DNA from: Marsupella aquatica
Lineage: Eukaryota > Plantae > Marchantiophyta
Direction: 5' to 3'
NCBI GenBank assembly: GCA_973895155.1
Contig: OZ316897.1
Coordinates: 17,828,457-17,892,456, forward strand
DNA length: 64,000 nt
A model generated the notes under the pieces. The model did no database searches. It was given only the letters and a program-made list of their open reading frames with translations, and was not told the origin of the DNA. Of the stretch, positions 39,538 to 48,700 are shown in pieces (positions within the stretch are counted from its first letter, which is position 1; every line of letters starts with the position of its first letter). The translations under genes and the position numbers were made by a program.

Positions 39538-42500
39538 ATGTCGACTGTTGTAGATTTCTCCAAGGAGGACTTCGCTGAGTACAACCTTGCAACCGTTGGC
39601 GAAGAGCTCCAGACCCATCTAGACTCAGCACATCAGATCCATCGCACCATTAAACGTAATTCTTCATCTTTGTTCTGTTCAGGTTTAACTCGAGATCATC
39701 TCGAGCTTCAATTGGTCCACTTGTTTTTGGATTCCTTGGATGCCGTTGAGGCTCGAGATCATCTCGAGCCTATTGATGTTTTCTCCAATACTTTGTTTCA
39801 AAAGTTGTGATCTATTAATTGATTTTGCATTTGATGTAAGTGACATGAGGCTCGAGATCGTCTCGAGCCAATATGCAATTCCTGCATGTGACCTAGTGAG
39901 ATTTCTTCAAGTTGGAAACCCTTACCCTTCAAAATTGAACATCATATCCAAAATATCTAAAATTTCCTTCCTCCAGGGACTTCTGTGCCCTCCAACTCGT
40001 TTTGATCATTGACATCCGAACGGGTTTGTGGGTATCAGAAGTTAATGGAGAAAGTGGATTTTTTATCGTTGATTGAATATGATGTTAATTGTTGAATATG
40101 ATATTCAGATCACTCATTTGATATGTTAGGCTCGAGATCGTCTCGAGCCGAATATATCCCACACCGTCTTCCCTTATGTTCATTCGTCTCCCTTGGTCAA
40201 TTTCTTCCAGTTGGAAGGACTCCTTGTTGTCTACTTCAATTACTAATATCCTTTTCAATGTGATCCAAGCTTGCCTTTTGGACCAATTGGAATAAAGCCT
40301 CAACTGATATATATGTGGATCAAGATCATCTCGAGCCCTTATCTTTTTCTTTTAAACAGATGGTGGCTCGAGATCATCTCGAGCCTATTGTGTTTCCTGG
40401 GATTCTTGGGTTTGAAATCTCTTTTTAAATTCCACGGATGAAATGGCATTGGAACATGTCTGAATAGTAAACTGAAGATCGAGATCATCTCGAGCCACCT
40501 ATTTGTTTCTTGGTTTTTTAGTACATGTTCCTGACAATTGCTACATTTTTGCTGTACCAGGTGCGAAATTGGGATCGCCTAATTTGGTAGTCGAAGATGA
40601 ACATGCAATTGAGATTTCCTGTCCTGGACAGAGTTTATTTGGATTCTGTTGGGCCATTGAGCTTGCTGAAACTGAAGACATGGAAGGAACTATTATTTGT
40701 GTGAAGACGAGGTCTCCATCAGTCGATCCTCTGGTGTGCAGCCTTCTAGGGCCTGTTGTTTCTATTGTGACGAGTAACGGTAAGGACATGGTTTTGACGG
40801 TGGAGAACCACGAAACAGGGAAGTGGGCTCTAATTAGACTTCACGCCAAAAACTACTCTTGCGATCTTAACATTGAACGTGCAGCCAGGAAACAACTGAG
40901 CGTGATATCAATGGGTTTCTTCCCCGAGGGTTTTACTACAAGTAATTTGCTAGAAGATACTCCTATATCTGGAGCGGACATAATTTTTGGATTCCTTTAT
41001 TGTCGGAAGTATGGGCTTGATCGCGATGATGCATTCACGACTCCTTTCACGTGGAAGGTTTTGAGACTAATGTTGGAATCCAAATTGGGGGAGTTTGAAT
41101 CTATATCCCCTGATTTTGTGTTTGGAGCCGGAGAATTTGACCAGGATGCTTGTAAAAAGTGGGTGTTGTCTCATCGGAGATAAACAGGTAAAGTGAAATC
41201 CGTAGCTGCAAGAGACAAGACCTCCGGTTCGGACAAAAAGGAAGCGAAGGTGTCTCAAAAGAGGAAGAGGGTTGACAAACCCGAAATCAAATCGAAGAAG
41301 GCTCATCCGCCAAAAAAGTCCACATCGCCCAAGGTAGATCTCATTCCGGCATCTTCCTCGGGTGTGAATGCACATACCGATGATGATGGCACTCTAGGAG
41401 ATGCTCCGGGAGAAAAGAGCGTTAAGGAAGGAGCCGAAGTTCTTAAGGAGATTGAGGAGTATTACACATTTGGCATGAATGAAACTTTTGACATTCTTGT
41501 CACCAGTATAGATTCGCCATCTGCAGTTTTGGTTTATAGGATGTTCAATAAAGACCATGCCATGGAGGTCGCAAAATCCATGGTTAGAAACCCTGGAATG
41601 GTACCAGCTGTGGCGGATTTAATTCCGTATTCAAGAGAGAGTTTGCAGTTGCTCCATTATGAGAATACTGCTGAGGATCGAAAGGAGTTTGAGTGGGGTG
41701 TTAAGAATAAGAAGGTGCAGTTCCTTGCAATCAGTGGACAACACTCGGCAAAAGCAGCTGTTTGGATCATAGGTTGGGCTAAGAGCGATGCAAAGTTGAA
41801 GGAGGTCGCGAAGAGTCTGCAATATCGAAAATCACGAATTCTTTCGGACAGAACTCCAAGGACAATACTTGCTCAACACTCACAAAGGGCAAATGCTGTT
41901 AATAAGACAATGGAGTATGAGTCCTGTTTTCTTGATACTATGGTCCATGCGCGTCGACAGTTTGACGAGTGTGGCCGTCCGGAGAGACCCGTGATTGGGT
42001 CCAATAGACTAACGGATCATCAAAAGTTCCAGGTATATTTGAACTCAAATCCACTTCGAGCTCGAGATTGTCTCAAGCCTCGAGGTCAAGTTTCTGTATT
42101 TGATTTATCTTCATGTATTCCCCATAAATTTTACCATAGTTCCTTAATTCTACCTCGAGATCGTCTCGAGCCTCAGATTTGTTTTGTACTGTTTGGACCA
42201 GGATTTTATGGCCCTTGCCAAAATAACGACTGGAAAATCCGATCTGAGGAATATTTTTTGGTTGTTGTTTTTGGATGAGAACCTCTTCCGAACTTGGAGA
42301 CAAATGTGCATCAATTGGGTCAAGGGACTTCTTCCGGATGGTCTAGGGGAGTTAGGTTCAAAAATAAACGGGAAAGCCCGGACAACAAAAATGATTACGC
42401 CGGCATTGTTTAGATGCTTTGAAGGAGACCTGAGTAATGACGACATTCTGAAAGTTTTTACTGCCGTTCAACAACAGAAGGTTTTATTGAAGAAAGACCA

Positions 42501-44460
42501 AGCCAACAAATCTGATATTCAATCAATGAGTGATATGGCTCATACTTTCAAAGTCATGACCAAGCTGAGGGTAAAAATTGTGGAGTACTTCGTTTTGAAG
42601 TATCCGGATCGGTTTACCAATTCACTCACTTGGTTTGAGCTAACTCAATTGTTGCCTGCATTTATGGATCGTGGTGAGTTGCCCAAACTTAGACAACTTG
42701 CTGGAGAGGTTTGGATTTCCAACCTCCTAAAAAGAAATAGGCCAAAAGACCCATTTCCGCAAAGTCTCATTGTGAGGCTTGAGCAGATATATTGCAAGGT
42801 ATTTGGCGGATTGCCTTCAATGGAGGATACTCCTTATCGCACATTTTTTAGCGATAATTTGATGAGGACAATGAAGCCTGAGGTTGTTGACTCGGTGCAA
42901 AGGACGTGTCCACTCTCCATTGTCGATTTTGGTCGTATTTGACAACGGTAGTGGACAGATGCCGAAATTTTTGTCTTGCTGGAGTATTGCTTGCAGATGG
43001 CGAACTCGACGGAGGTCTTAGTAATCTTTTTTGTCCGTCAAGGCCCATTGATAGGCCAGATTCAGAGTGCCTTTGAAAAGATTCGTCGTGAGAAGAAAGT
43101 GCACACGAAGTTGGAGTACGGGAGCTACTACCGTGATCAGGTGCCCAAGGAGGAGGGAGATTTTCTCATTGGAGCTCGGGACTCAATCATCTTTGGGGGA
43201 ATTTGTTGTGAAGAGGAACCAGACTGGTCCCAAATTTTCTTTGATGACTTTTATGCGTTCTGGAACTACAGTGAGAAGTGGGACAAAGACTTCACAGTCT
43301 TGCCTTTGAAGGCCCCTACTGGGAACAACAAAGACCAATCAAAGGGAAAAGAGAAGCTCGATGAATCCACTGTTGATGTCGAAGTTTTGGAGAAGATGGC
43401 CCCATCTTATGAGATGGTCGGTCGGCGTGGTGGCTTTGTAAATCCGAGAGCAAAGCCTTTGCGAATGACAAAGCGCCTTGTTGATTATTTCTCGTGCCCA
43501 GGTCATACAGTGTTGGATTTCTTCTCTGGAGGACAGACATTGAAAGCTTGTGTCATTCTTGGTCGGGATTGTTTTGTGTATTCGGACACAGCTCAAGAGA
43601 TGGAATTCACTGAAGCCTTTGCTCAGCTCCTTCATGACAACAAGCAAGTTTTATATGTGCCACCCAAGGAGCCGTTACCATCTGAGGAAATTATTGCTGG
43701 TCCCCTCGTTCTTATAGAAGAGGCGGCCGCAGACATAGCTCCAGTGGAAGCCAGTGTTTATGAGGAAGTATTTGCGGAGAATTTAGAGCATCGCAAAATG
43801 GAGGGCCCGAAAATTACAAGCTACATGGAAGAGGAGGGTGAAATACTCCCTGAATTTGGAAATGATGCTCGAGATGATCTTGATGTTCCAAGTGTTCCTT
43901 CATCGGGTGGCCTTGGGGATGCACAACGTGAACAACAGTCTTCAACCTTGGATGTTGGCTGGGAATCCACCCTGCAGGATGCAGTTAGCCAACCAATTCC
44001 AAGCCCTCCTCAACTGGATGAGATTTTCTCTACTAAGAAAGCTAGTGGCTTCCATACTCCCCCTCAGGACGAGGCAGGTGCATCGTCCTCTCCCTTGGAC
44101 CAAATATTTTGCGCTTCAGAGAATAAGCTTGTTTTCACAGATTCTTCTACTGGAAGCCCCGTAATTCTCCCTTTTGTTAGGAAACCGGGGACTGAAATCG
44201 GTAGAACTGGTTACAAATCACTCAAAGCAAGTGCTACTCATTATGTTTGGACTGATGGACCGTCAAAAGGTCAACAAGTCTCTATAGAGCAGTCTGAGAA
44301 GATTATTCGATCTAGAAAGTATAGGATGGATAAGTTCAAATTAGTGCCAGTTTGGTCTGAGCCAGCTCTTGTTGAGACCCTTCCCGGAGGGATAAATTTG
44401 GACATCCAAAACCAACTAAAAGATAACCTTCTAGATGAATTTGGGTCTTTCAGCACGTGA
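39538..44460 (+). pseudogene. ParB/Srx-like plus DNA amino-methyltransferase-like fusion gene (element B cargo, ~1290 codons) with three in-frame stops
   Basis: join(39538..39682,40561..42032,42202..44460) with phase-compatible GT-AG introns. ParB-like FLAISGQHSAKA; MTase-like RAKPLRMTKRLVDYFSCPGHTVLDFFSGG. Stops at 41181 (TAA), 42940 (TGA) and 42949 (TAG). Colinear with the element A cargo protein. Confidence 0.8.
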
Positions 44461-44514
44461 GGTTGAAACCCAAGTTAGTTTGAACTGTCCGGAAATTCAG
44501 CCGTCTAAATTATT

Positions 44515-45789
44515 ATGTCTACCTTCACAGAAATAGGCGGGCCCTTACCAATTGTGGAGTGCGTCGACAATAATCTCCGAAGATGTCCTGAGATTTCTTC
44601 AACTACTGACCTTCCACAAACAACAGGTATGATGTTGACTATTGTTCATTCACTTGTGATGCTCGAGATCGTCTCGAGCATTCCTTTGTTTTATCTCCCA
44701 CAATTCTAACGTTGGTGTTCGTACTTTGCAGGACCCTTGCCTCCACTTCACGGTCCAATCAGACAGAAGCTATTGATTCTTGACCTCAACAAAATGTGCT
44801 GGGATTCTGTCAAAACGCCAAGTTCCGGACCGCGCCGTAGTGCGACAAGTGTCAATGGTGTCCACTGGGGGAGACGTGGAGGGTTTAACTTTATGTATGT
44901 TGAGCGACCCCATCTTCATGAGTTCTTAATCGCAGCTTTTTCATTATTTGATGTTGCCATTTGGACTTGTGCAAGGAAACCCAGGACGGATGAAATGATT
45001 CATTTGATCTTCAATCAAGAAGAGAGAAAGCAATTCAAGTTTATTCTCACTCAAGAAGATACATTCGATACTGGAATTCAGAGGCCTGACATTACCGATG
45101 GGAAGGCAAATATTCTTTTGAAGGATTTGAGGGTTGTTTGGAAACGTTATGGTGGATTATACGACAAAACTAATACACTCCTTCTTGATGACACTCCAAT
45201 GAAGGCGTTTGCAAATCCAGAGAATTGTGGGTTGTTTCCTTCCTCATTTTCGCATCACTCCACGGATGATACATTCTTTCCAGAAATACTGTGGCCACTG
45301 CTCAGGAAATTGTATCATGCCTTCAATCTTCAGCACTATCTTTTTATCAATCATCCAAAGTGGTCTATGATCAATGTTTTATCGGACAGGGATCAACAGG
45401 CTGCCATTTATGCTCTGTTGTCGGAGAGGTGGGGTAGTATGGTATGGGTTCCCAATGTTATCCATACAGTCTTGGATGTTACAGCGGACGAAATTCCCTG
45501 GGATATCAAAAATGAAGTGCAACAATTACCACCAATGGAGGAATTGACGAAGGAGGCGATCAATGACCTTGCAAAGACATTAATTGGATATCAGTACACA
45601 GGACCCTACAGAGACAATCATCGGGGATTTGTTTTGGAAGTCTTGAGGTGTAGGGACCTCACAACAAAGTTCTGGAATAGAAAGCCTCTCAATTTCTGTA
45701 ATCGCGATATGAAATATGACCCGTCAGGGTCTAGGTTTACTTGCTCAAATGAATTTTGCGGGGTGGAGGAGCATGAGATTTGGGTCTAG
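44515..45789 (+). CDS. FCP1/NIF-family HAD-like phosphatase domain protein (element B cargo), apparently intact
   Basis: join(44515..44626,44732..45789) is in frame. KLLILDLNK, ERPHLHEFL, FDVAIWTC, LKDLRVVW, TNTLLLDDTPMKAFANPEN. Confidence 0.82.
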
Positions 45790-48700
45790 ATTATCTCGAC
45801 CCTACACTGAACAGTTACGATGTGAGTTGTACATATACATATTCTTACTCGAAAAAAGAGTGAAGCTATGCGTAGTATCCATTTGAGTCTAGATGTTGTT
45901 GATCCTCATTTACTTGTAGATATGTTCTCAGAAAAAGGTTATTTGGGTCTAGACCCTATACAAAGGGAACAACTAGAGATATAGATTCAACAACGGGTCA
46001 AAATTATGTGGACCCTACATTTGGGTCGAGATAATCTTGACATAGATTTTTACATAGTAATTGATATACATTCAACAACCGGTCAAAACCATCTAGAGCC
46101 TGCATTGGGGCAGACGTGGTCTCGACCCTGTAAAAATAGGTTTTTTACTTTTATAATAGATCACCGGTTTACCTTCCGTGTTACTTTGTGTAACTTGGTT
46201 ATCAGGGTCATTTCAATTTATTATATTGTCTTATTCTATTTTTTCATTGTTTATATTGTATATAATAAGAACACTTTAATGTCTTTTAATTAATAAGTAT
46301 TAATAATTGATAACTGAATTATTTAATTAATAATTTGGGCATTAGAATTGTAATTTTAGACCTCAAAAAGTGTATATTTGGCCACTAAAATGTATGCTTT
46401 TGGGGAACAAGTTATAGAACTTTTGGGGGTAAAATAAGAAATTTGAAGGTCAACTTCTGGACTAGAGAAATTCCAGTTTTAATGAATAGGGTGATTAGTC
46501 AGTGCAGTAGGCATTACCCCGGGAGGTAGTATCTTCCGGTTCCTTTTCGCAACCGTAGTATTTAGGCTTCCCCTTCCGCTGAAGAAGGGGGAGAAGGCTT
46601 AGTTATCTCAGCGCAAGAAAAGGGGAGGCACGGGGAGTCCCGGCCTGAGCAGGGTCAGAGTGCACTAAGGAGTGAGAGCCAGAGTCAAGCTTGCTGGGCA
46701 AGTGCGGGGCGGGGCCTCGTAGAGACTGGGCATCGACTGCCTTAGGCCTGCTGACCGCCTTAGAAGTCGAGTCAACTATGTAAACTGATTCTTCGCTGAG
46801 TAAATATAGTCTTTCCCTTTGATTTTTCCGCGAGTAACTGGTGTTGTGTGTATGCTTTGTCCGGGCAAAGGCGCCATTTCAAGGGACGTACTGGGTGCAG
46901 ACTAATGGTAGGGATTGCCACCCATTGCATGTTGCAAAGTTCTGCCGCGTCGATGGCTTGAAAGCCCCAAGCCGGGAGTTAGTCCGAGTCACTAACTATG
47001 GGAATATTCCAACGGTGGAAATCAAATATACCTATGACTAGTACGAGCTACGTAAGTATTATACTGGTAAATATTGACTTAGCCCGACGTAGGGCTAATC
47101 CGCCCCGATACACACCTCCTTGCCCAAACCCTCACCCCTACTGGTGGTCGAGGTCGCCCCCGGGAACTAACTTGGATTTGAGGCCCGGGTTATGGGCGCG
47201 ACAATTATAGGCTACAAAATTAAAGGCACGCACACAATATTGAAGTGGTGAGTTGGAAAGTTCTTTTTGGAGGCAATGTAGTTGAGCTGAAATGAGGTGG
47301 CTGCCTTCCATTGGCTCTTGGTTAGGGCAAATCAGTATAAACACCTGTTTAGCCAAGGCATGTAGTTGTCCTTACAATCACAATCCCATCCTGCATGCAA
47401 TGCTGAAAACAGGCCGCTGGCTGCTACTAGTGGTGCCTTTCTTCGGCCTCATAGCTTGATTGATGCAAGTCACTCCAATAGTGGAGTTAAAGCTCTCAAC
47501 TGAGCTGTGATTAGAGGGAAATAGCTACGTGGTGAGGTGTAGGCCAGGTTAGCCGATGGAATCTCCATAGAGGCTCTGATGCAATTGCAACATTAAAAGA
47601 CCGGGTTTGTGCCTGGCTTGCAGCTGTCCATGTTGTTTGAATAGAGATATTCCGATCCAATAGTGTTAATTAAAGCTGCCGACTGAGATGGTGAGAGCTA
47701 GGTGTGGGCTCTGTAGATAGGTTCTTTGATACTCTCCCGAGTACTCTCACTGAAGCAATGACAAACAGACTTTTCATTTTGAAATTTTCATTCACAAAGC
47801 AGATCTATCTCCTTCCCATGTGGAACATATTCCCATTTTGTTTTCTCCCATCATTTAACAAATTAAAGAACTAGGAGAGCGCGCAAAGTGGTAGCATTGC
47901 CTACCATCCCACTTTTCAAAATATCTACCAAATATTCTATTCCCAGGTAAGCTTAGACCGATGGTGAAGCAAGGAACTTAGCTACTATTTTGGCTTAGGC
48001 GAATAGAGCTTAGTATAAAATAATATGGATACATGTAGGCTAGATTTCCTAGTAAGTTCAATTTAAGTTGATATGACTACAGTAACTTAAAACATGTGCC
48101 TAGCTAGGGCCAGATGACAGAATGATATACCATTTGAAGCGTGGATATTAAACGGGTATCAAAGAATTATTTTGCTGTGTTGTCCGCATGGAATGTAGAA
48201 GCCACCAAACGTATCACAGGAAAACAGATCTGGCTCCAAGTATGTAATCCGGATTTTGTAGAGGAATGGGTTCCTTTTGGCAATTTCCAAAATTTTTCCC
48301 TTGCCAACTTTCTGAGCATTGTCTCTTCTGCATTTTCCACCCTTCTACCTTCCCAGGTGAATCCCATCCATCCTAGACACAATGTGGGGATTATAGAATA
48401 ATTAGTATCCTAAAAAATGATTTTACGTAAACCCTAAACTTCATGGGAGTAAAAACCATTGTTGTTAGTTACTGGGTATTGAATTTATTTTGTTGAAAGA
48501 CCCAAAAACCTGACCCCAAAGGCATGACTCACATTATGGAATGCACCCTTGTTTGGTTACTACAATGCTGCATAACATAACAAAATAATTAAACTATGAT
48601 GCACAATGTCACTATTTGTAAGCATAGAGTATTATGTGCTTGAATTGTTGATATGGTGGTTTATAACATTGTGTGTAGTATCATACTAGGGACATAAATA

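Larger units (their letters stand above)
33479..46495 (-). mobile_element. TIR DNA transposon B (13.0 kb), same type as A, carrying ParB-MTase and FCP1-like genes
   Basis: TIRs ATCA(GT/CC)CTATTCATTAAAACTGGAA at both ends; 4-bp TSD TAGT at 33475-33478 and 46496-46499. Confidence 0.93.
30322..47203 (+). mobile_element. Solo-LTR-like retroelement unit (~3.86 kb without element B), probably gypsy-type, interrupted by DNA transposon B
   Basis: Ends TGTGAC...GCGACA (TG...CA) flanked by a 5-bp direct repeat ATTAT at 30317-30321 and 47204-47208. No second LTR, PBS or pol seen. Confidence 0.7.

Noticed and set aside
41181-42951. Programmed stop read-through or an alternative genetic code
   Set aside because: All three stop types occur and fit C>T decay; neighbouring intact genes use the standard code.
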